64,000 nucleotides of DNA. Origin: Gekko japonicus. Lineage: Eukaryota. Shown here piece by piece: positions 37,116 to 49,482 of the stretch (its first letter is position 1; each line of letters starts with the position of its first letter). The position numbers and the translations under genes were made by a program. The stretch is from contig NW_015164665.1 of the NCBI RefSeq assembly GCF_001447785.1, positions 1,421,008-1,485,007 of the forward strand, read 5' to 3'. The notes below the pieces were generated by a model. The model had not been told where the DNA came from and searched no databases. It was given only the letters and a program-made list of their open reading frames with translations.

Positions 37116-37927
37116 TTCTTAATTTTGTTCTGTTTCTCCATCTTCCCCTTTGTTTAATCTTCCACCACTGCTAAGTGGCAAAACTAAAGGAACATTAGAG
37201 GAACATGGCAGGAGATATTGTCAAGTGTACTTTAACTAGAGATGTTTGTATTCTAAATGACTTGAACAGAAGGGGTAGCTGGTACATACAAAATGGCAGC
37301 CATATGAAGGCTGCTTTATGTTGTGTTGTATGGCAGCTCTCATTACACAAGCTGTTTGTGTGCATCAGCTCTTCACAATGGATTTTCTCAAGGAAGCTCA
37401 AAGGAGGAGGAGGTGGACGAAATTAGACTTATATGTTCCTTGAAGACATAGCTGCTATGCAGAAATTACCATCAGTGATCATAGTTTAATTTATATATTT
37501 ATTTATTTATTTATTTATCACACTTATACCCCGCCCTCCCCCATAGAATGGCTTAGGAAATTATAGCTGCAGATGCAGCATTTATAGATCTAATGAAGAT
37601 AAAGTATTTTGCATTTATGTTTATTTAGTCACATTATAGACAAACAAGATTTTTTTTAAAAAAACAAAGTGCTTATGCTGTATTGAACTGTATGTTAGAA
37701 CCTCCTGATTTCTCCATAGAAGTATATCATTTTTAGTTTCATTCTCCATCCTGTATCATGTGTATTGGGATGTCTGGTTAATATAACAGAGTTTTCCCAG
37801 TTATAGAAGTGTAATACTAAGCACAGTAAATAAATCTCCCAAGATGTATATTATTACAAAAAAGGTAAACTTACATTTATTCAGGTTCATGCAGTTCACA
37901 TTCAGGTTGCAGTCAAAAGAAGAGAAA

Positions 37928-38056
37928 GACTGTGATCACACACACTAAATAAGCCAATTTCAGTCCACTTTCCAACTGGATTTTGCCTGTTCACATGGTA
38001 AAATCCAGTTGGAAAGTGGATTGAAAGTGGATTATTTAGTGTGTGTGATCACAGCC
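37928..38056. mobile_element. PIF/Harbinger-type MITE (129 bp, near-complete palindrome) inside the Copia 3' LTR
   Basis: ctgtgatcacacacactaaataa / ttatttagtgtgtgtgatcacag. The 3-bp TSD aaa is confirmed by the empty site gaagagaaagaagcc in the other LTR (~42870). Confidence 0.9.
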
Positions 38057-40449
38057 AAAGAAGCCTAAGCTAAAGAGTTCTTTCCCTATCAGAAATTGAC
38101 CAGCTTGTCTGGCATCATGTGTGTGAGAGTATGAGGGCATTGTCTCTACGAGAGATACCTGCAGAGACATATGTCTCCACAGAAGGCCATGTGAAGTGAG
38201 AGGGGACAAATAGAGACAGGAAGTGTCAGAGGACAGCTCCCAGGTTAAAACTAAGAGAGGCTTCCCATTCAAGGAGATGACACATATACACACTCAGGTT
38301 GCAGTCACACTGGAGGCTTGGCACGATCTGGTGGCAGCTCTATTTGCAGCAGTTTAAATTGTCATGGCAAGAGGTGACCAAACAGCACACCCTGAAGTGA
38401 CCTCACTGCACGCTTACTTGCACGCTTACCACGGGGTCAACCATTCAGATTATTGCTGTGGGGCAACATGTTGATTCATGTGGTAGCAATGTTCTTATGA
38501 GGTAGGTTAGTATCTCAGTTATAATCCCTTGCTGGCCCGCGATGAGCATCTGAGGTCCAGGGTCTTGTCTCCATCCACAGCAGTCTCCATCTCCACTGCC
38601 TCAACTGCTGGTTCAGAAACTTCTGCCTTCACATCCGCTTTTGTTGAGCATCTGTTTGTGTCTGTGACTGCATCCATTGTCTCTGGGTGATACACCAGCA
38701 GCTGGTTGTTGTCACCATTTCCCTCTGGGCAGTCATCTGGCACAGCTGTCTGGTTGTTCCTTGGTTGCTCATCGAACTGCACTACTCTGCATATAGTAAT
38801 TTGGTTAGTGGTTGGGTCTAGAATTCTGTATCACTCACTCACTGGAGAATAGCCTACAAAGATGCCCTCTTCAACCCTAGGGTCTGGTTTGGATCTCTTT
38901 TCTTTTGGTAAATGAGCATAGGCCTTGGATCCAAATACCCTAATGTGTTCTATGCTTGGCTTTCTGGTGTGCCATAACTCATAAGGGGTTTTCTCTGTGG
39001 CTTTGGTTGGCAATCTGTTTTGAAAGTAAACAGCTGTCATTGCAGCTTCTCCCCAATGCCTGTAGGGAAGGCACAAATCAATTAACATGCATCTGGCGAG
39101 GTCCATTATGGAGTCATCCTTGCATTCACCAACTCCATTCTGTTTTGGTAAGTAAGGTAAATAAGTTTGAGCTGGATTCCATGTTCCTTTAGGAATGCCT
39201 GCACCAATCTAGACATGCATTCACCACCACAGTCAGACTGAATGGCTTGGGGTTTCCTGTTGAACTTGTTAGAAACCATGGCAATGTAGTCTTTCAGCTT
39301 TTGCTCAGTTTGTGATTTTTCCTTCAACAAATATATCTTGAAAAATCATCAATAAAAGATAATGTATGTTATTTCCGGTTGATGCTGGTTTGATAGGCCG
39401 ACATAAATCAGTTTGAATTAGCTTAAGTGGTTGCTTAGAGGATCTCTGACTTTATTTGGGAATAGAAGCCGGGTTGCCTTTCCCTTGATACAATTTGCAC
39501 ACAATGGATTATCATTAGAACATTTGCATATATTGATATCTGTTACCAAGTCCTTTGTTTGTAGTTTCAAGATGGCTTCTGGGTCACAATGAGCAAATCT
39601 CCTGTGCCAAAGCTCCAGGGACTTCTATTCAGCTGTTGTCTTGGCTGTACAGGCCTTTGGTTCCTGGCAGTCTAGCTCAAAGATTCCATTTCTGAGAGTA
39701 CCTGTGGAATATAGCTCACCTTGGCATGAGACAGTACATATATTATTCTCAGAGTGTATGGCATATCATTTTTCTGAAAGTGTGGGCATGCTTAGCAAAT
39801 TTGCATTTAAATCAGGAACGTATAAAACATTATCTGCCATAATTTCAGTTCCACCATTACCTATTTGGCAATTTAGTGTAACTTTTCCTTTTCCTTGTAT
39901 GTCTACTTGATCTCCATTGGTTAGGCACACTTTTTCTGAAGCATTTGTGTCCAATTCATCAAACATATTAATGGCTGATGTCATATGTATGGAAGCACCA
40001 TTGTCAATTAGCCAAGGCTTGTGATTTTCATACATTTGTGCTAAATGAGATACACAATAATTGAATTGCTTTCTTTGGGAGAAACCCTTCTGTCTCTGTG
40101 TTTGAACATGAGACTGCTTGCTGGGGCTGGCATTTGCATTTCTATTGAGAAAGCATTCCCTCTGTATATAACCTGGCTTGTTACAATTGAAGCAGTAAAA
40201 TATATTTATTTTGTTCTTGGGGTGGGCTTTCTGTGGTCATTTAATTCCAGTTCTCCTTGACCTGATTTCTTGGACCATGTAACTTGAGTTCATTCTTACT
40301 TTTGTGCTGTTCATGATAGCCCTTTTGTTTATGATACTCAGCTCTTATCAGCCCCAGAACTTCGTCCAACTTAGAATCTTTCCCATTAAATGTTGACATG
40401 AATGCAGAATAAGATTCAGGTAGGGAACTTAGCTGAATCTTATTCTACA

Positions 40450-40518
40450 GCTCTCTCATGGAACGCTGCCTTGACGTGGTGAGGGGGTTTGTGTGGTTCA
40501 GTGAGGCTGTGGGCTATG
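40450..40518 (+). mobile_element. Isolated RTE/BovB-like 5' fragment inserted in Copia gag
   Basis: gccttgacgtggtgagggggtttgtgtggttcagtgaggctgtgggctatg resembles the BovB 5' end as recalled. It interrupts gag between VLDEDLP and the SLPESY segment. Confidence 0.55.
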
Positions 40519-41116
40519 GTAAATCCTCATCTAGCACTTTACCAGTAGCTGCAAGCTTATTAGTTAGATTTACTAACATTTCTATATGGGTCTCTCTGTT
40601 TCCACTTTCTTGTAGATAAATTGAGAAATGTTCTCTAAACAAAGAACTTGCTAGCCTGGTCTTGCTTCCATAGACCTTTCTTAAGTCTTCAGTTATCCAA
40701 TTTGTAGTTTCTTGTCCTTTTATGTACACCAGTTGGGAATAATAATCAGATTTTGTGGTTTACTATCTGTATTCTCCCATCTTGTGATCTCATTTTCAGG
40801 ACCTGAAGGTCATGGAGCAGTTAATGAAAAATTAGCATTTTCCTTCTTGAGCAGGTGCTCCATTCTATAAAGCCATGCATCAAAATTATCTCAATTCAGT
40901 TTCCCTAGGAATGTATATCATTGTTCCATGTTAGCAATGCTAAAGGAAGGGAGAGACAGAAAAAGTTTCTTTTTGCACTCAGAGCTTGGGACCAGCTGTT
41001 AAGCAAATTCCCAGAATCTTTTGTTCTGGACAGGAGGCGGTAAAACCTTGTAATTGCTCAAGCAAGAGAAAAACACAAACAAATAAGAAAAATTCCTTTT
41101 AAACATTAAATTCACT

Positions 41117-41133
41117 CTGGGCACCCATAATCC
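41117..41133 (-). promoter_or_regulatory. Copia primer-binding site (internal tRNA-iMet fragment type)
   Basis: Minus strand ggattatgggtgcccag lies directly after the LTR end (..cccagta). It resembles GGTTATGGGCCCAG, the copia-type PBS complementary to an internal part of tRNA-iMet. Confidence 0.7.
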
Positions 41134-41270
41134 TACTGGGATATTTGGTTAATAAAACAGAGTTTGCCCAGCCATAGAAGTGTGATACTGAGTGCAGGAA
41201 ATAAATCTCCAAAGAAGTATATTGCAAAAGAATAAACTTACATTTATTCAAGTAGATCCACGTTCACATT

Positions 41271-42848
41271 CAGGGATAGGCATGAACCAGGAAAATGCAG
41301 TTTGGTTCGCAATTTGTGGCTGGACCACAGACCAAACCACGAACCAAACCAAACCAGGAGGTCTGTTTGTGAACTGCACTAGTTCATGGCCTCGCAAACC
41401 CTGTTGAAAGGAACCACCGTCCCATTAAACAGGGTTTGCAGAAAGCCTAAAAAACAGTTGAGCTTTTTAGAATTGAGCACCGTTCAGTTGTTTTGGGCTA
41501 TCTCATGAAGTCCCTTTAAACTTTTGGGCTATCTCATGAAGTCCCTTTAAAGTTTAAAGGGACTGTGTGAGACAGCCCAAAAAACAGCTGAGCCAGTGGA
41601 GAGCATTCTCCCCATGGGTCAGCTATTTTGGTCTCTCTTGTGCAGTCCCTTTAGAGGGGCATGTTTAAAGGGGCTGCACAAGGGGGCCCAATACAGCCGA
41701 GCCTGCAGGGAGAAGTATCCCTGCTGGCCAGCTTTGGGCTGTCTTGTGGAGCCCCATTTAATGGGGCTGCACAAGGGAGTTGTGCAATTCCCCCCTTTTT
41801 TGGATTTGAGTCTATTGAACCCTCCAAAATTTCAGGATTTCTAAAAATCCTGGATCCCAACACTGGCAAAGTATTTGGATCTGGGATATTTTGGAAATCC
41901 TGAATTTTTCATGCCAATAGACCCAGGATGGAAAAAAAACAGGAGTGACAAAGCTGCAAAACAGCTGAGCAGCATAAGCAAATTGCTCCCAACCCATAGC
42001 TATTTCCCCTGATTTCCTCTGCAGACCCATTAAACCAGGCTGGTTTAAAGGACTTCCAAAAGAAAGTGGGGAAACAGCTGAGACACAGGAAGAGTGCTCC
42101 CTGCATCTCAGCTCTTCCCCATGCTTTCTTTTGCAGTTTCTTTAAACCAGCCTGGTTTAAAGCAACTGCAGGAGAAATTGGGGAAAAACAGCTGAGCTGT
42201 TTTTGCTGATCTTCCCAGTTCCCGAAAAGATCTAGATTTGGGGGATTTTTCCGGGTTTCCCCCCAAAAAATCCTGGATACTTTTGGGGTGCCAAAATATA
42301 ACCAAAAGATACTGATATGGTATTTGAGGAGTATATTTTCAGCTCAGTGAAATCTAAAGGCACACCCCATTAAATGGGGCTGCACAATAGAGCCTGAAGC
42401 TGGGCTGGTGGGGAGACTTCTCTCCATGCGGTCAGCTGTATTGGGCTCTCTTGTGTAGTCCCTTTAAATGTGCCTGCCTAAAGGGACTATGCAAGAGAGC
42501 TCAGCTGACCAGTGACGAGAATACTTCCCCCCAGTTCAGCTGTTTTGGGGTCTGACCTTTAAAATTTAAAGGGATTGCACAAGACAGCCTAAAACAACTG
42601 CCTCCCCACTAATCAGCTATTTTTGCAGCTTTCACAGGGAACAGAAAGAAATCCCAAAAGTACTTGGAGTCCATGTAAACCCTTGCTTTCTGCTATATCC
42701 ATTAATCACCATGAATAACCATGAACTGCTTTAAAAGTTCGTGGAAGTTTGAAACAGTAGACTTGTCACAAACTTCCGTTCACTAACCACAAACAGGGCA
42801 AAATTCATGATGAATTTTACTTTATTGTTCAGTTTATGCCCATCTCTA
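41271..42848. mobile_element. Large hAT-type MITE with nested foldback insert, inside the Copia 5' LTR
   Basis: Ends cagggataggcatgaac / gtttatgcccatctcta, with LTR sequence resuming at 42849. Internal aaacagctga and tttaaagggac repeats occur in both orientations; 30-bp tandem at 41491-41551; nested element ~41775-42368. Confidence 0.8.
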
Positions 42849-42889
42849 TTCAGGTTGAAGTCAAAGGAAGAGAAAGAAGCCTAGTTTGA

Positions 42890-43654
42890 AAAAACTATTG
42901 CTGCAAAGAAATGCAACACAGAGAAATTTTATGAAGAGTTCTCTTCTGAGATGGTTATAGAGAATCATGGAATGTTGGTCTTTCTTTGAAAAAGTTGTGA
43001 TGTGAAACGAGACAATCCATTAGCTAGCATGCTCGTTGGAATTCCTGATTCTACTTTGAAACCAATTTTTGTGGATCTTTCATCTGGAAAAGCTTTCCCT
43101 GTATCATCTATTGGACTTTGATGTATATGGACAATTGATTGTGTACCTGTTTATGGACATAGGAAATTGATGTCTTTATGATTGTATCAAGCAAATAACC
43201 ACTACGCAGTGGAATTGTCCATTCTTTATTCTTTATTTAATAGAATTTATTTTGCATATAAAGAATGGAAAGCAATGAATGGCGGCGGAGAAAAATGGCG
43301 GCAGGCGAGGAGGCGAACGAAGGGGGCTGGACCAACAAGGTGCGGAGGCGGAGCGACGCGGCAGGCCAGAGCCTGACTTGGACGGAGGCCGCTGCAAGCA
43401 TGCGCGAAAGCACGGAGTGGTCCAGGCCTGGAGGCGGAGTTACGACAGCCGGAAAAAGTGGAACAGCGAAGACCTGCACCGGAGGAGGGTCGCCGCCGGA
43501 TTGTCCCCTCGCAATAAGAAGATCTGCTACAACAGGATAAGGGTGCCTAGTAGGCTTCTCACCTCCCCTTCATATGTGACCCTAGATTAGATTGGCTAAT
43601 TGGAATTGTAAGCCGCTCAGAGCCCCTAGGGGGTGAGCGAGATAGAAGTCAAAG

Positions 43655-43687
<33 letters not shown>

Positions 43688-43690
43688 ATA
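42890..43690 (+). mobile_element. Unclassified young retroposon with CpG-rich body and L2-like 3' end
   Basis: CpG-dense 43280-43515; end tgtaagccgctcagagcccctagggggtgagcg followed by (TAAA)n at 43657-43690. The 5' boundary is uncertain. Confidence 0.6.
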
Positions 43691-43711
43691 CACAGTTGGT
43701 TTTGTTTCTTA

Positions 43712-43920
43712 AGCCTCCAGGTGGTGGCTGGAGATCTCCCAATTTTACAGTTGATCTTCAGGTGATACAGATCAGATCACCTGGAGAAAATGGCTGCTTT
43801 GGAAGGTGGACTCTATGGTATTATACCCCATTAAAATCACTTCCCTCTCCAAGTCCTGTCCTCCTCAAGCTCCACTCTTAAAATCTCCAGGTATTTCCCA
43901 ACCTGGAGTTGGCAAGCCTA
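43712..43920. mobile_element. MITE of the TAGGGTTGCCA type (left TIR lost)
   Basis: cctccaggtggtggctggagatctccc..ccaacctggagttggcaagccta right end. Confidence 0.65.
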
Positions 43921-44140
43921 TGCACCATGAGTAAGGTGCTACTCAACCCATGCTAGGGGGCAGTCCTTGCCCAGCCAAGCCCCACGCTGCATGGGGAAGG
44001 AGGTACTTGGGTCAGTAGGAGAAGGAGGTGCCCAGCCTAGCAGAGCCTTGCACTGTGCTTTGTGCTTTGTTGCACTGGGAGGGAGTCACTTGGCCTATCA
44101 GCTCTTTATCCTTCCATCCCTCCTTCCTTCAGGGGTGAAG

Positions 44141-44170
44141 TGGGGTGGGGTGGGGTGGGGTGGGGTGGGG
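44141..44170 (+). repeat. (TGGGG)6 microsatellite, G-quadruplex-capable
   Basis: Six consecutive tgggg units. Confidence 0.95.
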
Positions 44171-44380
44171 CAGGAAGACCCAGGGCCTGGGCCATTTTCC
44201 AGGGTTGTTTTTTCATCCTAGTCTGCTCCTATACCTCAGGAATGAGAGTGGGGTGATACAGGGACAACTGTTGTTATATATGATATTTCAAGTACAAGTG
44301 TGGCAGAAAAAGAAACATCCCCAGTACTGAGAGAACAAAAACAAGGCCTATTTGAGGCAGTGGTAAAAAACAATTACGGA

Positions 44381-44383
<3 letters not shown>

Positions 44384-44442
<59 letters not shown>
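44384..44442 (+). repeat. Compound (GT)n(GA)n microsatellite
   Basis: Direct reading of the sequence. Confidence 0.97.
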
Positions 44443-44443
<1 letters not shown>

Positions 44444-46977
44444 TCGTTTTTGAATTTCATGTGGGAATTATCAAGGGTGCAAGCTGTAGGAGGCTGAGGA
44501 TAATCATGCTTAACCCCTGGTTCTCCCACACATTGCAAACAGTCAGTCTACTTAGAACAGCTGCCTTGATAAGGACTCTGGAGAGACAACATAAAAATCT
44601 CTAAATAAATAATAAACAGCAGAATGGCTCTCCTGCAGTATCTTGTAGCCACTCCATTTGTGTGTGTTTTATTCTGCTGATCTATGACCGTAATAAGCGA
44701 TTGACTGATTTAATATCAACCCTCAGAGGCCATGAAGTTTGCATATATATTATTCAAAAAAGTGCTGAATGAATGTCTTCCACTGTAAAGTGTTCAAAAT
44801 GCTGCTCAACCGATTGCTCACTCCTGTGAACACAGAGATGTAGTCACTTCACCAAACCTGAAACCAGTTTCTTCCCCGAAGAGCCCTGTCATTCCATCCT
44901 GTCACTACGATCAATTACCATTTTACCACTAAAGTCCTGTTGTTTTCAGTGGGATTATGTCAAGTGTAAAACAGGACTGAATGTTCCTGACAACCTAGTT
45001 TTCATATAAAGTAATGTACATCAACAAAGGGACCAGGGACTTACTCTGTCAGAAAAATAAATGATCAGCTGGAGGCCCTGCATTACAGCAACTGCACAGG
45101 ACATGAACTTTAGATGGCCATTGTTATCAGATATGCTGGCATTAAGTGTTTTGGTTCCATACATAATGCGAATTACACTAAAATTTGAACACAGGAGCAA
45201 GAGTAAGGCAGAGAGGAATAGCATATAGTCATAAAATCATCTGGAGTGCTTATCCAATTTTTAATAATACTGCACACTTGTCTACTTTCCCCCCAGGAAA
45301 TTACATCTTAGTACTGCTAACAAAAGTACTGCTAACAAAAAAAAGCTTTTTTTGCGGGGGGGTTGTTGTTGACTAAATTGCTATTGGAAAAGAAATGGCC
45401 TAATAATGGCCATGCTCAAGGCAGCCGCCTCCTTAAAGTCTACTTCTTGGGTTTATATTTTATTTGCTTAGTCACTGCTATTCTGATAAATAGGATCAAT
45501 GCCAGGCTTCATTTCCAGGATCTGTCTGACTGTTCCAGTTTCCTGTCATTAAAAAGGAGAATTTTATAGAGCAATCAATTTCATTTTCCAGTTTTTATCT
45601 ATTTAATGGACTGGTGAAAACCAAGCTAATGCATTTTGGTTTTCTAGGTAGTGATAAATGTTTAGCTACCAAGTGTGGCAATCAGTCTTTACTCTCTAGC
45701 TGCCTATTTAGACATAGGTTGTAGGTACATTTATTTCTAAGGCTGAGGCCTGGTGACAACATTTCTTTATTACATCAATTCTCAGCAAACGTGTAATAAT
45801 ATTTTTCTAATCTATAAATGGTGCACAGGAGACAAACCCCAGATCTCTTAAGCCACTCTGCCCATTGAGTGAACCATGGTTCCAATATACTATACAACAC
45901 CAATCAAGCTTAAAACAGTGCCATCCTAAGCAGAGTTATACCCTTTTAAATTTCACATTTCCAATACCACCCCCTCTGTGTGACCTGAGTTGCAATCTTG
46001 TAAGAGAGCCCCAGCTGGCCAATCAGCCTGTGAATTTATTCCCATTTCCTGAAAGCCAGAGTTCACTGGTTCATTATTCCTGTACTATCCATCATGGACT
46101 GAATACGATGGGTGGTGGGATTGTCACATGAATGCATCTTTCCCTCATGTGAATTGTGGATTACGACTTTCTGTTCTTTTTGCCTTGCTTTTAGTGCTTA
46201 TCAGAATAGAGCCCCTTAATGTGAAGTCATGTTAGCAATAATGTGCTTTTTGTCTGTATAAATGTTAGTGCATTTCCTGAGTTCAAAGCATTTGCAAATA
46301 TAACATAAAATGGTATAATCATGCAATATACACAATATAGTTGTAAAATCAGGTATTAGCTGTAGATATATGAAAAATCAACCACAGACTTCAGTAATAT
46401 TGCCACCAGTCAGCAAAAAGTCAGATGGAACAGAAATGTCTCATATCTACTTTGAAAAGGGGGGGGGACTCTTGCACCTCCTTGGGGAGGATCTCCAGAG
46501 GGTGGGAGCTACAGCAGGTGGGATTCCATAGAAGGCCTGAATTCTTTCTGCCTCTTGAAAAAAACTGTAAAGAAGGGTTTCTGCGCACACATGCTTACAT
46601 TTATGTCCCAGGCCCTGTAGAGGTTTAAAAGATTAAAACCAGAATTCTGAATTGAGTCAAGGAACAAAACAGCCCAGACAAGAGGGATTCTTCACCAGTT
46701 GAAATTTCCAAGTTGAATTGAAGGGCAGCCCAAAGTAGAGCACATTATGGCACCCAACGCTGTAAATTACAGAACAGCACAGCAAGGTCAATCATGTCTA
46801 AAAGGGAAGACAGCCTATGTACTAGATTAAAGTGGCATTCCTAGCAACAGTTCCTAATATACATTTCAAAGAGCAATAACAGACTACCCCTAGTTTCTTT
46901 ACCTGATTACTTTAATCACTTTCTGAGTGGCATGACATATTAGGGTCACCTCCATCTGATCTGATTCAGTTTCAAGT

Positions 46978-47630
46978 AGGGATGGGCACAAACTAGGAAG
47001 ACATGGTTTGGTTTGTGGTTCATGGTGGACCATCATATGAATCAAGCAATTTGTGAAGTTTGTGATGTGGCAAAACACACACCCCATGGAATACTAGCGA
47101 CTCCAAAATTGCAGGGAATATCCAGAAGTCTCTCCTTTACCAGCCCACCAAGTTTGGTGAGGATTGGACTTAAGAGATCCAGGTTACAGCCCCCCAAAGA
47201 AGGTGCCTCCAAGAAAGTGCCTTTGGGAAAATGTCACATGCAGCTTAAGCAGTGTATAGAATGGACTCTGTGCAAGCCAGAAGCATTACACTCACAGCAG
47301 ACCTCCCCCTGATGCTCTTCTACATAACCCCTCCAAAGTATGTACAGATTGGACTTGGGGGGTCCAAGTCATGACACCCAAAGTAGGTTCCCCCAGGAAA
47401 GTGCTTTTGGGGAAATATTGGGTGCAGCTTCAGCAGTATATAGAATGGACCCTGTGCAAGTGAGAGGCATCAAACTCTCTGTGGAACTCCCCAGGATGCT
47501 CTCCTACATGACCGCTAATTATGTGCAGATTGGACTTGGGGAGTCTGAGTTATGGTCCCCCAAAGAAGTTGCCCTCAAGGAAAGTGCTTTTGGGGAAATG
47601 TCAGTCACAGCTTCAGGAGTGTGCTGAGCC
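46978..47630. mobile_element. hAT-type MITE fragment with three ~182-bp internal tandem units
   Basis: Starts tagggatgggcac. The unit gattggactt..aaagtgc(c/t)tttggg..cagctt recurs at ~47162, ~47347 and ~47528. Confidence 0.7.
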
Positions 47631-48354
47631 TCAGAAAACATACCAGCACTTGGGGGGGGGGGGTGTCTCGCAGTCTGCTCTGGGTTTTTTTTTTTTAGTG
47701 AAATATGACAACCAGCATTACAGGTCAAGTATAAGAGGAGGAACACCTAACCTAACAAACAGGAAGTTGTTTAAATGTTATCAACCTGCCCAAACTACTT
47801 ATTTATTCAAATATTTATATCCCACTTTCCCCTGTGACTCAAGGCAGCATACAAATCATACTGAAAAGCATAATAGGTGTGTGCAGAAACAACAACAACA
47901 CCCATTTCCCCCTGGCTCCATTGTAGCCTGTGGGGACCATTATAGTCAATAGGCCCCATTGGCTATAATGGAAAATTGATCTAGGGCTATCTGGAGCTTG
48001 GAGGGGGGGCTGGTTTTTTAGGTAGAGGAACCAAATTTTCAGAATAGCTGCTGGTGCCTCTCCTCAACTCCCCCAAATTTCAAAAAGATTGGACCAGGCC
48101 CAGAAGGAGGTGCCCCCATCCTCCATTGTTTCCAATGGAGGACAAAATGTCTTGTGAGCAGAAGCTCACAACCCCTGAGCTCCCTGTTAAAATTTTGTGC
48201 ACCAGCACCCCCTAGAGCAGCTTAGAGGGAACTGTGTGAAGCTGGCAGGGCCACTCCTCAAGTCTAAAAAGACAGGTAATGAAGGACATACTGTGCGACT
48301 GAACAACAACAAATGAAGGACAGAAAGGCAGACTAGGCATCCCCTGAGTTTCCA

Positions 48355-49482
48355 TAAGCAGATGACACCCAGCTCTATCTGATGCTGGGTGGCCGGTCGG
48401 ACTCGAGTCCCGATGACCTTCATCGGGCATTAGAAGCTGTGGCTGGTTGGCTCTGGCTGAGCCAATTGAAACTAAACCCGGGGAAGACGAAGGTCCTGGG
48501 CTTGAATCGGGCCGGGGCGGGGTTGGGGCTCCCTCTCCCAACCTACGACGGGGTGCCTTTGGTGCCAGCGTCTGGGGTTCGGAGTTTGGGGGTGCTCCTG
48601 GACTCCACATTAACAATGGAGGCCCAGGTGGCAGCCACTGTCAAGTCCGCCTTTTTCCATCTGTGGCAGGCATGGCAGTTGGTCCCCTACCTTGACTGCG
48701 ATGACCTGGCCACAGTGATCCATGCGACGGTCACCTCGAGGTTAGACTACTGCAGTGCTCTCTACTTGGGGCTGCCTTTGTTGCAAATCCGGAAGCTGCA
48801 ACTGGTGCAGAATGCTGCAGCCAGGCTGTTAATGGGTCTCTCTAGAAGGGACCACATTCAGCCTGTGCTGAAAGCGCTGCACTGGTTGCCAATAGTGTAC
48901 TGGATTCGCTTCAAAGTGCTGGCCAGGGTCCAGCCTACCTGAGGAACCGCCTTTCCCCATACGTTCCCCCAAGAGCACTACGGTCGGGGCCCCAAAATTT
49001 GTTAGCTATCCCGGGCCCCAAGGACACCAAATTAACTGCTACTAGGGCCAGGGCTTTTTCGGTGGCAGCTCCTACCTGGTGGAATGAGCTCCCAGGGGAG
49101 ATCCGGGCCCTGTGGGACCTTATGCAGTTCTGCAGGGCCTGCAAGATGGAGCTATTCCGCCAGGCCTTTGAGTAGGAGCTGCCACCCCTACTATGCCACC
49201 ATCGCCCTGAGGAAACATCTGAATATTGAAGAAGCCCTAAGCCGTGGGAAGTACTACTTGGAACTTCGGACCTACGATCTGCCATCTTTGGACTGATGGA
49301 AGTATTGAGCACCATGTTTTAACTGAGGATATTTTAAGATGTATTATATGTTTTATATTATTATGTATATGATGTTTTTATTATGGCAAGGTTCTGCCTT
49401 GCCTCTGTAAGCTGCCCTGAGCCCATTGGGGAGGGCAGGGTATAAATGTGAAAAATAAATAAATAAATAAATAAATAAATAA
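48355..49482 (+). mobile_element. 5'-truncated L2 LINE (~1.1 kb)
   Basis: Begins at the RT motif (*ADDTQLY). ORF 48382-48942 has LKLNPGKTKVL, SRLDYC, LQLVQNAAARLL, LHWLP; (TAAA)n tail. Confidence 0.95.

Larger units (their letters stand above)
37763..42885 (-). mobile_element. Decayed Ty1/Copia LTR retrotransposon (gag-PR-IN present, RT/RNase H absent), both LTRs interrupted by MITEs
   Basis: LTR homology between 37763-38070 and 41134-41270 + 42849-42885. Gag motifs KLN*DNFDAWLYRMEHLL (~40900), SLPESY and zinc knuckle CFNCNKPGYIQREC (~40170); protease WLIDNGASIHM; LWHRRFAH; integrase FIDDF, SDCGGE, WGEAAMTAVYFQNRLP, HIRVFGSKAY..GIFVGYS; linker RCSSRASKG. Confidence 0.92.
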
